Source: Dehalococcoidia bacterium (GTDB taxonomy: Bacteria > Chloroflexota > Dehalococcoidia > GIF9 > UBA5629). Taken from it: a stretch of DNA of 24,840 nucleotides. The position numbers were made by a program, and so were the translations under genes. This document shows, in pieces, positions 1 through 9,145 of this stretch. Positions within the stretch are counted from its first letter, which is position 1. Each line of letters starts with the position of its first letter. The notes beneath the pieces were generated by a model. That model was not told where the DNA came from and did no database searches. It was given only the letters and a program-made list of their open reading frames with translations. The stretch is taken from the NCBI GenBank assembly GCA_028715025.1, contig JAQTLG010000001.1, positions 1 through 24,840 on the forward strand, written 5' to 3'.

Positions 1-387
1 CCGCTTCATTGCCTGGATTGTCTGCTTGTAGCCACCCCAAATAAACGTTGCCCCAATACATGTTGCAGCATCGAAAGCCCCCTCTTCGAATACGTAGTCA
101 TCCGCAGGAGAGCAAACGATTTCGATTCTGTCCGACAATCTTCTCCCGTCCAGCTTTTTCCTGGCCCGGTCGCAGAAATCTTTGGAAATATCTATACCAA
201 TACCAGTGATGCCGAATTCTTCAGCCCAGATAGCAAGGGGTTCGGCACAACCACAACCGAAGTCGATGACCCGGTTTCCTTTTTTCAGTTTGAGTAGCTT
301 GCCTAATTTGATGATTTTTTCAGGAGTGGAAGGGTTTAGTATCTCCATATAGCGGTGGGAGATACTCATAAGGTCAAAAAATTCCAT
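1..387 (-). CDS. Class I SAM-dependent methyltransferase, YjhP-like (5' part only; runs off the left edge)
   Basis: Manual translation from ATG 387 gives MEFFDLMSISHRYMEILNPSTPEKIIKLGKLLKLKKGNRVIDFGCGCAEPLAIWAEEFGITGIGIDISKDF...FDAATCIGATFIWGG, open to base 1. It has SAM motif I (VIDFGCG) and a GGAGG SD upstream. The layout resembles E. coli YjhP as I recall it. Absent from the ORF track because it has no stop in the window. Confidence 0.88.
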   Translation of the reverse strand, partial: MEFFDLMSISHRYMEILNPSTPEKIIKLGKLLKLKKGNRVIDFGCGCAEPLAIWAEEFGITGIGIDISKDFCDRARKKLDGRRLSDRIEIVCSPADDYVFEEGAFDAATCIGATFIWGGYKQTIQAMKR

Positions 388-506
388 AATTCAAGCCTCC
401 TTCAGGAAACAGTAATTTCATCAAGAAATGTATTGCGGGACTTGATTCTAATCTTGCGGCGAAAATGTGGTGATGACAGCCCCAAATTGTTTTACCAATT
501 GGAAAC

Positions 507-535
507 ATTATAGACATCCATTTGAACAGAAGCAA
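507..535 (-). promoter_or_regulatory. Putative sigma70 promoter of the methyltransferase gene
   Basis: TTGCTT (535-530), 17 nt, TATAAT (512-507); implies a 5' UTR of about 113 nt. Confidence 0.5.
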
Positions 536-711
536 GTAGTTCTCTTTTAAACGAGGGGAAAAATGCCGAGAAACGCGAATGAATATCCAAAATTACAGAC
601 TATTTAATGTATATAAAAGCGAATGCGAGGTCAGTTATCACCGTAAAAATGCCCATGCAAAACATAGAAAGGTTCTATCAGTTGCACAGCACCACAATTT
701 TGTAACTAAGG

Positions 712-788
712 TGGTGGGCCATTCTGGATTCGAACCAGAGACCCCAGTCTTATCAGGACTGTGCTCTAACCAACTGAGCTAATGGCCC
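712..788 (-). tRNA. tRNA-Ile(GAT), CCA encoded
   Basis: Reverse complement GGGCCAT TA GCTCAGTTGGTTAGAGC A CAGTC CTGATAA GACTG GGGTC TCTGG TTCGAAT CCAGA ATGGCCC A CCA folds as a full cloverleaf with anticodon GAT. Confidence 0.97.
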
Positions 789-807
789 CTTGAGAAATGC
801 AGACTAA

Positions 808-837
808 AGTATATATTCTGCGTTGAATGAGTGTCAA
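808..837 (-). promoter_or_regulatory. Sigma70 promoter for tRNA-Ile
   Basis: TTGACA (837-832), 18 nt, TATACT (813-808), ending 19 nt before the tRNA 5' end. Confidence 0.7.
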
Positions 838-873
838 GCGATCTGCGTTCAGTTACCGACGCCCGACAAAGAC

Positions 874-1932
874 CTATTTTATCTTGTGGATCCAGCTGAA
901 TTTATCCGGATTCTCCCCGTACTGTATGCCGGTGATGGTGTCATACAGCTTCTGGGAGAGCTGTCCTGTCCGGCCTTTGTTTATCAGGATGGTTTTCTCT
1001 TTATGTGTGATCGACCCGATAGGGGATATGACCGCGGCGGTGCCCGTGCCGAAGGCCTCCTTCAGCTTGCCTTTCTCCCAGGCGTCTATCACCTCGTCCA
1101 TCGATAGCTTGCGCTCGATCACCTTCATGCCCCAGTCCCTGGCCAGGTGGATGACGGAATCACGTGTCACGCCGGCCAGTATGGTGCCTCCCAGGTGGGG
1201 CGTGATCAGTTCGTCGCCTATATAGAAGAACACGTTCATGGTACCCACTTCCTCTATATAGTGCTTCTGCATACCGTCGAGCCACAGCACTTGCGTATAT
1301 CCCTGTTTCTGCGCCTCGTGGGCGGCGTACAGGCTGGCGGCGTAGTTGCCCGGTGTCTTGGCAAAGCCGGTGCCGCCTTCGGCAGCGCGCGTATGCTCGA
1401 TGGCCGTGATCAGCTTGACCGGGTTCATCCCTTCCTTGTAATAGGCGCCCACCGGCGACAGGATGATAAAGAACTTGTAAGTCTGTGAGACGTGGACACC
1501 CAGGTTGTTATCGGTGGCAAAGACGAACGGGCGGATATACAGCGAATAGCCTTTCTGCGTTGGTATCCACTGCTTTTCCATTTTAATCAGCTGGACCATG
1601 CCGTCCATGAAGGTCTTCTTATCGATCTCCGGTATGCACAGCCTGCGGCAGGAACGGTTGTAGCGCTCGATATGCTTGTCCGGCCTGAAAATGTGGATCG
1701 AGCCGTCTTTGGCGATGAATGCCTTCAATCCTTCGAAAACCGCCTGCGCGTAGTGCAGCGTGGTGAGCGAAGGCAGAATATGTACGTGGCCGAAAGGTTT
1801 TATCTTCGGTGCGCCCCATTTACCGCTCTTGTAGTCCATGGTCAGCATGTGGTCGCTGAATACATCGCCGAAGCCCAGCGCTGAGAAATCGACCTTGTGG
1901 ATCCTGCTTTTTTTAGTCTTCCTGATCTCCAT
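874..1932 (-). CDS. ilvE: Branched-chain amino acid aminotransferase
   Basis: Class IV PLP aminotransferase motifs LHYAQAVFEGLKA, RPFVF, KTPGNY, EEVGTMN, FGTGTAA. ATG 1932 is better spaced from the AAGGA SD than TTG 1938. Confidence 0.96.
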   Translation of the reverse strand: MEIRKTKKSRIHKVDFSALGFGDVFSDHMLTMDYKSGKWGAPKIKPFGHVHILPSLTTLHYAQAVFEGLKAFIAKDGSIHIFRPDKHIERYNRSCRRLCIPEIDKKTFMDGMVQLIKMEKQWIPTQKGYSLYIRPFVFATDNNLGVHVSQTYKFFIILSPVGAYYKEGMNPVKLITAIEHTRAAEGGTGFAKTPGNYAASLYAAHEAQKQGYTQVLWLDGMQKHYIEEVGTMNVFFYIGDELITPHLGGTILAGVTRDSVIHLARDWGMKVIERKLSMDEVIDAWEKGKLKEAFGTGTAAVISPIGSITHKEKTILINKGRTGQLSQKLYDTITGIQYGENPDKFSWIHKIK

Positions 1933-1951
1933 TTTCAACCGTCCTTTTATA

Positions 1952-2033
1952 TGGGGAAGAGGGGACTCGAACCCCTACGCCTTGCGGCACATGATCCTAA
2001 GTCATGCTCGTCTGCCAGTTCCGACACTCCCCC
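1952..2033 (-). tRNA. tRNA-Leu(TAG), CCA not encoded
   Basis: GGGGGAG TG TCGGAACTGGCAGACGA G CATGA CTTAGGA TCATG TGCCGCAAGGCGT AGGGG TTCGAGT CCCCT CTTCCCC A: long variable arm, anticodon TAG. Confidence 0.96.
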
Positions 2034-2071
2034 CCGATGTCAGAATACTTTTATGTTAAGGCGAAGATGTG

Positions 2072-2377
2072 CTATTTGGGAGTCTGGATAATCTTGCCTG
2101 TGGTCTGGTCGATCTTGTATTCGGCAAGGGTGGGTGTGGTGTATATGTAGTTGTTTTCCACCAGCGCCTTTGTATCAGCAGGCAATTTGCCGGTATCCCC
2201 TATATAGGCAGACTCCGCCGATACCATTTTGCTGAACTCCAGCGACAGGGCGAGATTTTTGCCCGACCCGGCGTACTTGCCCACATTGGCAAGAACGACA
2301 CTGGCAAGTATTCCCAGGATGGACACGGTAACCAGCAGCTCGATGAGTGTGAAACCTTTTTGATTGAACTTAATCAT
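2072..2377 (-). CDS. Short type IV pilin / pseudopilin-like protein with prepilin N-terminal methylation motif
   Basis: MIKFNQKG/FTLIELLVTVSILGILASVVLA: class III signal peptide with E5 and a hydrophobic helix. G-rich SD before ATG 2377; mature length about 93 aa. Confidence 0.9.
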   Translation of the reverse strand: MIKFNQKGFTLIELLVTVSILGILASVVLANVGKYAGSGKNLALSLEFSKMVSAESAYIGDTGKLPADTKALVENNYIYTTPTLAEYKIDQTTGKIIQTPK

Positions 2378-2477
2378 CGCAACCCCCCGGTATTTGTTTA
2401 CGAGTAGTATCTGCAAGCGGTGCAATCGATTTACAGTCCGCGATAATGCTGTAATCTGCCCGCTTCTATTTTCATTC

Positions 2478-2550
2478 TGAGCCGCACAGGGCTCGAACCT
2501 GTAACCGGTTGATTAAGAGTCAACTGCTCTACCTGTTGAGCTAGCGGCCC
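2478..2550 (-). tRNA. tRNA-Lys(CTT), CCA not encoded
   Basis: GGGCCGC TA GCTCAACAGGTAGAGC A GTTGA CTCTTAA TCAAC CGGTT ACAGG TTCGAGC CCTGT GCGGCTC A; anticodon CTT. Confidence 0.96.
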
Positions 2551-2560
2551 AAGACGCACT

Positions 2561-2589
2561 ATGTTATCACTCCATGTGTTTCCCGTCAA
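2561..2589 (-). promoter_or_regulatory. Sigma70 promoter for tRNA-Lys and possibly the downstream mixed cluster
   Basis: TTGACG (2589-2584), 17 nt, extended -10 TGnTAACAT (hexamer 2566-2561), ending 10 nt before the tRNA. Confidence 0.7.
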
Positions 2590-2626
2590 ACGGTTTCGCT
2601 CTCAGCCGCGCTCAATTATTGCGGGT

Positions 2627-2655
2627 GTGCAATATATTACGTTCCTGTATATAAT
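2627..2655 (+). promoter_or_regulatory. Putative promoter of archease-rtcB
   Basis: Weak -35 GTGCAA, 17 nt, perfect TATAAT (2650-2655); only 9 nt to the archease ATG and no SD. Confidence 0.55.
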
Positions 2656-2664
2656 TCAAATCAG

Positions 2665-3084
2665 ATGGGTGCGGATTTTTCGGTAATCGACCACACGGCG
2701 GATGTCGGCATCACGGCTTACGGCCGTGATTTAAAGGAGCTTTTTATCAATGCAGCAAAAGGAATGTTCAGCCTGATCATCGACCCTGACATGGTTGAGC
2801 CGGCTGTCAGAAAAAGTATTGAGGTCAGCGCGCCGGATCACGAAGCGCTGCTGGTAGGATGGCTTAACGAGCTTCTTTACCTGCTGGATACAGATCACCT
2901 CGTTTTTACCATGTTTGAAGTTGTTAAATTAACCGGCAGGGATTTACGTGCCAAATGTTACGGCGAAAAGCTGGATTTGCAGAGGCACCGGCTCAAGCGC
3001 GAGGTCAAGGCGGCCACCTATCACAACCTGGCCATCTCAAAATCGGAAAATATGTACTCAGCCCGTATAATATTCGATATCTAA
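2665..3084 (+). CDS. Archease (RtcB activating cofactor)
   Basis: N-terminal IDHTADVGITAYG, central EALLVGWLNELLY and C-terminal EVKAATYH...IFDI are archease signatures; lies directly upstream of rtcB. Confidence 0.95.
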   Translation: MGADFSVIDHTADVGITAYGRDLKELFINAAKGMFSLIIDPDMVEPAVRKSIEVSAPDHEALLVGWLNELLYLLDTDHLVFTMFEVVKLTGRDLRAKCYGEKLDLQRHRLKREVKAATYHNLAISKSENMYSARIIFDI

Positions 3085-3101
3085 AATAGAAGGAGATATG
3101 C

Positions 3102-4559
3102 ATGAGCCCCTGGCAGGGAAAGCTTAACCGGATCGACGATTACCGCTGGGAGATACCGCCCGACTACAAGAGCGGCATGAAGGTGCCCGGCCTGGTATAC
3201 GCCGACCGTGATATGTTGAACGTGATCAAAGAGGAACAATCGCTGGAGCAGGTGGCCAACGTGGCCTTTTTGCCCGGCATCGTGGGCTGCTCCATGGCCA
3301 TGCCGGATATCCACTGGGGCTATGGCTTCCCCATCGGAGGCGTGGCTGCCACACGGGTGAGCAACGGCGTTATCTCACCGGGTGGGGTCGGCTACGATAT
3401 CAACTGCGGCGTAAGGCTGCTGCGCACCGATCTCAACGAGAGTGAAGTAAAGCCCCGCATCAAGGAGCTGATCAACGACCTTTTCCGGAGCGTCCCATCG
3501 GGGTTGGGCTCGGAGGGCAAGATCAGGATCAGCGAAAAGGAGATAGACGAGGTACTGCGCCTGGGCGCAGCCTGGGCGGTAAAGAAAGGGTTCGGATTGC
3601 CGCAGGACCTGGAGGTCACGGAGGAGCAGGGCTGCATGCAGAACGCCGACCCGGACAAGGTCAGCGCCAGGGCCAAGAAACGCGGCGCACCGCAGCTCGG
3701 CACGCTGGGCTCCGGCAACCATTTCCTGGAAGTGCAGGTTGTGCGCGAGATATATGACCGGGAAGCCGCCCGCGCTATGGGCATTACGCATGTCGGCCAG
3801 GTGCTGCTGCTTATCCACACAGGTTCCCGTGGTCTTGGGCACCAGGTGTGTGGTGATTACCTGAGGATCATGGGAGATGCAGTGAGGAAATACGATATAG
3901 TGCTGCCCGACCGGCAGCTTGCCTGCGCTCCCGTGGAATCGCAGGAAGGGCGTGATTACCTGGCCGCCATGGCCTGCGCCGCCAACTACGCCTGGGCCAA
4001 CCGCCTCTGCATTGCTCACTGGGCCAGGGAGTCGTTCGCCAGGGTCTTCAGGAAGAAGGCCGAAGATATGGGGCTGGATCAGGTCTACGATGTAGCGCAC
4101 AACATCGCCAAGATCGAAGACCATGCAGTAGATAACAAGAAGACAAGGTTGTGCGTGCACCGCAAGGGCGCCACGCGCGCCTTCCCGGCAGGACAAAAAG
4201 GCATACCCGACAAATACAGCAGCATCGGGCAGCCGGTCCTGATTCCCGGCGATATGGGCAGGTGCTCCTTTGTGGCTGTTGGTACGGAAAGGGCCATGAG
4301 CGAGACGTTCGGTTCGACCTGCCACGGCGCGGGCAGGGTGCAGAGCCGGGGCGCCGCCAAGCGGAGCTCGCGAGGCATCGATATAGCGGCGGAGCTCGCC
4401 GGCAGGGGCATCTATGTTAAGGCCGACAGCATGGAATCGCTGGCGGAGGAAGCTTCATCCGCTTATAAAGATGTTACTGATGTTGTAGGGGTAACCAGCG
4501 GGGCCGGCATATCCAGAAAAGTGGCCATGGCAACTCCCATCGGCGTAATTAAAGGCTAG
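3102..4559 (+). CDS. rtcB: RtcB family 3'-phosphate/5'-OH RNA ligase, archease-associated type
   Basis: Motifs MPDIHWGYGFPIGG, VGYDINCG, GSGNHFLE, HTGSRG, HRKGAT, HGAGR; AAGGAG SD; 485 aa with no insertion. Confidence 0.97.
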   Translation: MSPWQGKLNRIDDYRWEIPPDYKSGMKVPGLVYADRDMLNVIKEEQSLEQVANVAFLPGIVGCSMAMPDIHWGYGFPIGGVAATRVSNGVISPGGVGYDINCGVRLLRTDLNESEVKPRIKELINDLFRSVPSGLGSEGKIRISEKEIDEVLRLGAAWAVKKGFGLPQDLEVTEEQGCMQNADPDKVSARAKKRGAPQLGTLGSGNHFLEVQVVREIYDREAARAMGITHVGQVLLLIHTGSRGLGHQVCGDYLRIMGDAVRKYDIVLPDRQLACAPVESQEGRDYLAAMACAANYAWANRLCIAHWARESFARVFRKKAEDMGLDQVYDVAHNIAKIEDHAVDNKKTRLCVHRKGATRAFPAGQKGIPDKYSSIGQPVLIPGDMGRCSFVAVGTERAMSETFGSTCHGAGRVQSRGAAKRSSRGIDIAAELAGRGIYVKADSMESLAEEASSAYKDVTDVVGVTSGAGISRKVAMATPIGVIKG

Positions 4560-4600
4560 CGGAGAACACGTCTAAAATTATTTCCATATAGCGCCTCTAT

Positions 4601-4629
4601 TTGTCTTAACACGCGCAATCGTGTAAAAT
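4601..4629 (+). promoter_or_regulatory. Putative promoter of the thiolase gene, with a palindrome in the spacer
   Basis: TTGTCT, 17 nt, TAAAAT; ACACG-N6-CGTGT at 4609-4624. Confidence 0.55.
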
Positions 4630-4663
4630 GGGACAGAAATTTTTTGAAGAAGGAGTAATAGGT

Positions 4664-5851
4664 ATGAAAATCAGTGATGTTGTGATTGTTGACTTTCTAC
4701 GCTCCCCGTTTTCCAGGTCCCGCCCCAAAGAGCCCGTCAAGGACCTCCTCAATGAGTGGAGGATGGATGAGGTTTTGGGTATGCTCTGGAATGAAATGCT
4801 CAAAAGGAACAAGGTCGATCCCAAGGAGGTCGATGAAGCCATTACAGGCACAGCCAATCCTGCTAATGAAACCTTCACATTCGGCGGCAAATTCCCCCTG
4901 TTCTACGGCAAACTGCCGCTCGAGATCTCGGCCCAGCAGGTTGACCAGCAATGTGGTTCTGCCCTCGCGGGTCTCAGGGTCGGCGCCATGGCGATAGCTG
5001 CCGGGTTTGCAGATGTAGTGCTCTGCGGCGGCCAGGAGCATATGACCCACTGTCCAATGGGCAGCTCCATCGGCAGTGCAATGCCTATGAAGCTGATCAA
5101 CGATCCCGAGTATAAATATATTGATTTACCGTTCTCCATGAACATGGGCTTCACGGCTCAGAAACTGCAGGAAATGATAGGTACCTCCAGGGAAGAGATG
5201 GACAAATTCGCCATGAGGTCCCACCAGCTGGCTGCCCAATCCAAGGAATGGCTCAAAGGCGAAATCATGCCCATCAAGATTCACCTTGAGGACGGCACAG
5301 AGAAAATGTATGACTACGACGCTGCCGTGAGGGGCGACACCACCTTGGAGGCGCTCGCCAGCCTGAAACCGGCATACAAGCCGGACGGCACGATCACAGC
5401 TGGCAATGCCTCTCCGCTAAATGCGGGCGCAACCGCCATGCTTATCATGTCCAGGGATAAAGCAAAGAAGCTGGGGCTCAAGCCGCTGGCCAGCTTCGTA
5501 TCCTTCGGCATGGCCGGTGTTGATCCTACCATCATGGGCGCAGGACCGGTACCTTCGACAAAGAAGGCTCTTAAAGCTGCAGGATTGCAGGCGAAAGATA
5601 TCGATTACTGGGAGATTAATGAAGCATTTGCGATTGTCTCACTGTATGCTATCAAAGAGTTTGGTCTGAAATGGGACCAGGTCAATGTCCATGGCGGCGC
5701 TATGGCAATCGGCCATCCGCTGGGCGCCAGCGGCATCAGGCTGGTTGGCACACTGGCCAGGATTCTTAGGGAAAAGAAAGGCAAATACGGCGTGGCCACC
5801 ATGTGCGAAGGCGGCGGCCAAGGCGTGGCCTGCATCATCAAAGCCGAATAA
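4664..5851 (+). CDS. Thiolase (acetyl-CoA C-acyltransferase)
   Basis: Active Cys in DQQCGS, NEAF, GHPLGASG and C-terminal CEGGGQG. The AAGGAG SD favours ATG 4664 over 4628. Confidence 0.95.
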   Translation: MKISDVVIVDFLRSPFSRSRPKEPVKDLLNEWRMDEVLGMLWNEMLKRNKVDPKEVDEAITGTANPANETFTFGGKFPLFYGKLPLEISAQQVDQQCGSALAGLRVGAMAIAAGFADVVLCGGQEHMTHCPMGSSIGSAMPMKLINDPEYKYIDLPFSMNMGFTAQKLQEMIGTSREEMDKFAMRSHQLAAQSKEWLKGEIMPIKIHLEDGTEKMYDYDAAVRGDTTLEALASLKPAYKPDGTITAGNASPLNAGATAMLIMSRDKAKKLGLKPLASFVSFGMAGVDPTIMGAGPVPSTKKALKAAGLQAKDIDYWEINEAFAIVSLYAIKEFGLKWDQVNVHGGAMAIGHPLGASGIRLVGTLARILREKKGKYGVATMCEGGGQGVACIIKAE

Positions 5852-5874
5852 TTAAGGCACTTATAAGCAAACAG

Positions 5875-5903
5875 AAAGGGGTGGCTTTTGAAGCCACCCC
5901 TTT
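5875..5903. terminator. Bidirectional intrinsic terminator between thiolase and cimA
   Basis: AAAGGGGTGGCTT-TTG-AAGCCACCCCTTT: perfect 13-bp inverted repeat with A/T tails on both sides, between convergent stops. Confidence 0.9.
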
Positions 5904-5930
5904 AATTTTATGTCTCAACAGACGCCTGCA

Positions 5931-7541
<1,611 letters not shown>

Positions 7542-7542
7542 G

Positions 7543-8643
7543 TTAACCTTCAATCCTCTTCTCTATCAGTTTTCCCATCTCGATGGTGCCGGCCTGCTTC
7601 ATCCCATCGGACATGATGTCTTTAGTACGGTGGCCATCCTCGAGCACGTTCAGGACGGCGCTTTCCACTGCGGCAGCTTCCTTGCCGAGGCCGAAGGAAT
7701 AGCGCAGCATCATGGCCGTGCTGAGTATGGTGGCGATGGGATTGGCCAGGTTTTGCCCTGCTATATCGGGGGCGCTGCCGTGGATGGGCTCGTATAATCC
7801 GAACGCCCGGGGGTTTTTGCCCTCGGGTATTCCGGCAAGGCTGGCCGAGGGCAGCATGCCCATGGAGCCGCTGAGCAGCGAAGCCTCGTCGGTAAGTATG
7901 TCGCCGAAGGTATTTTCGGTGACAATCACATCGAAATAAGCGGGATTCTGGATCAGCCTCATGGCGCAGGTGTCAACCAGCATATGGTCCAGCTTGACCT
8001 GTTCGTATTCCGCCGCAATCTCCTGGGCTATCTGCCTCCACAGGCGCGAGGACTCCAGCACGTTGGCCTTGTCCACCGAGGTCAGCTTTTTCCTGCGCTT
8101 TAAAGCCAGCTCGAAGCCGGTCCTTATAATGCGAGCGATCTCTTTTTCAGTGTAAACCATGGAATCGACAGCCCGTCTGGAGCCCGATTTGGTCTTCCAT
8201 CTTCTTTTAGGCTTGCCGAAGTACAGACCGCCCGTCAGCTCACGCACCACGAGCAGGTCGACCCCCCTGACGATTTCAGCTTTCAACGAGGTTGAGTTTT
8301 CCATCAAGGGGAGCATCTTAACCGGCCTCAGGTTGGCAAAGAGGTCCAGTGCTTTTCTGATGGCCAGCAGCCCGTCTTCAGGCCTCACCTTCGCTTTAGG
8401 GTCATCCCATTTCGGCCCGCCGACCGCTCCCAGCAGCACTGCATTACACCTGCTGCACATCTGCAGTGTTTCACGGGTCAGGGCCTCCCCGTATTTATCT
8501 ATGGAGATGCCGCCGATCAGGCCGAACTCGTATTTAAAGTCGTGGCCGAAGCGCCGGCCCACGGCATCAAGCGCCCGTATGGCCTCATTGACCACGTCAG
8601 GTCCGACACCGTCACCGGGTAAAACTGCAACATGGTATTTCAA
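7543..8643 (-). CDS. leuB: 3-isopropylmalate dehydrogenase
   Basis: LPGDGVGP, RELTGGLYFG, DKANVL, NTFGDILTDEA, EPIHGSAPDIAG; TTG start. Confidence 0.97.
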   Translation of the reverse strand: MKYHVAVLPGDGVGPDVVNEAIRALDAVGRRFGHDFKYEFGLIGGISIDKYGEALTRETLQMCSRCNAVLLGAVGGPKWDDPKAKVRPEDGLLAIRKALDLFANLRPVKMLPLMENSTSLKAEIVRGVDLLVVRELTGGLYFGKPKRRWKTKSGSRRAVDSMVYTEKEIARIIRTGFELALKRRKKLTSVDKANVLESSRLWRQIAQEIAAEYEQVKLDHMLVDTCAMRLIQNPAYFDVIVTENTFGDILTDEASLLSGSMGMLPSASLAGIPEGKNPRAFGLYEPIHGSAPDIAGQNLANPIATILSTAMMLRYSFGLGKEAAAVESAVLNVLEDGHRTKDIMSDGMKQAGTIEMGKLIEKRIEG

Positions 8644-8644
8644 A

Positions 8645-9145
8645 TCAGCGCGCTCCTGAAGCTTTCTTTTTGGTGTGCTCCACCAGTCCGCCCTCGGCGA
8701 TGATCTGCATCATAAACTCGGGGTAGGGTTTGGCGGTGAATGTTTTACCGCTGGAATGGTTGATGATCCTGCCCCCGGCCAGGTCGACTTCGACTGCGTC
8801 TCCTGCCTCTATGTTATCGGCCGCCTCTTCGCATTCCAGCAGGGGCAGGCCTGTATTGATGGCATTGCGGAAGAAAATGCGTGCGAAGCTCTTGGCAATC
8901 ACGCATGAGATTCCCGACCCCTTCAGGGCCAGCGGCGCATGCTCCCGGGAAGAGCCGCAGCCGAAATTGGTGTCCGCTACCACGATATCTCCGGCCTGCA
9001 CCCTTTTCACGAACTCTTCGTCGATATCCTCCATGCAGTGCTCGGCGAGCTCCGCAGCCTCATGCATATTCAGGTAGCGTGCCGGTATGATGGCATCGGT
9101 ATCTATGTTGGTGCCGTATTTATGAACTTTTCCTTTTAGCGACAT
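8645..9145 (-). CDS. leuD: 3-isopropylmalate dehydratase small subunit (short, HacB/LeuD2-like type)
   Basis: [37 protein letters not shown]; 166 aa. Confidence 0.96.
   Translation of the reverse strand: MSLKGKVHKYGTNIDTDAIIPARYLNMHEAAELAEHCMEDIDEEFVKRVQAGDIVVADTNFGCGSSREHAPLALKGSGISCVIAKSFARIFFRNAINTGLPLLECEEAADNIEAGDAVEVDLAGGRIINHSSGKTFTAKPYPEFMMQIIAEGGLVEHTKKKASGAR

Noticed and set aside
378-421. Possible uORF MKLLFPEGGLNYGIF overlapping the methyltransferase start (erm-like leader idea)
   Set aside because: No SD, no convincing alternative structures over the RBS and no known stalling motif; expected by chance.
579-782. 67-aa plus-strand ORF from the track
   Set aside because: Overlaps tRNA-Ile on the opposite strand, has no SD and no recognisable domain.
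2072-2353. Electrically conductive (e-pilin) interpretation of the short pilin
   Set aside because: Only 7 aromatic residues in about 93 mature residues (7.5%), below the roughly 10% usually associated with e-pilins, and several key aromatic positions are absent.
3102-4559. Intein or other insertion in RtcB, as in some archaeal homologs
   Set aside because: 485 aa with all catalytic motifs at normal spacing.
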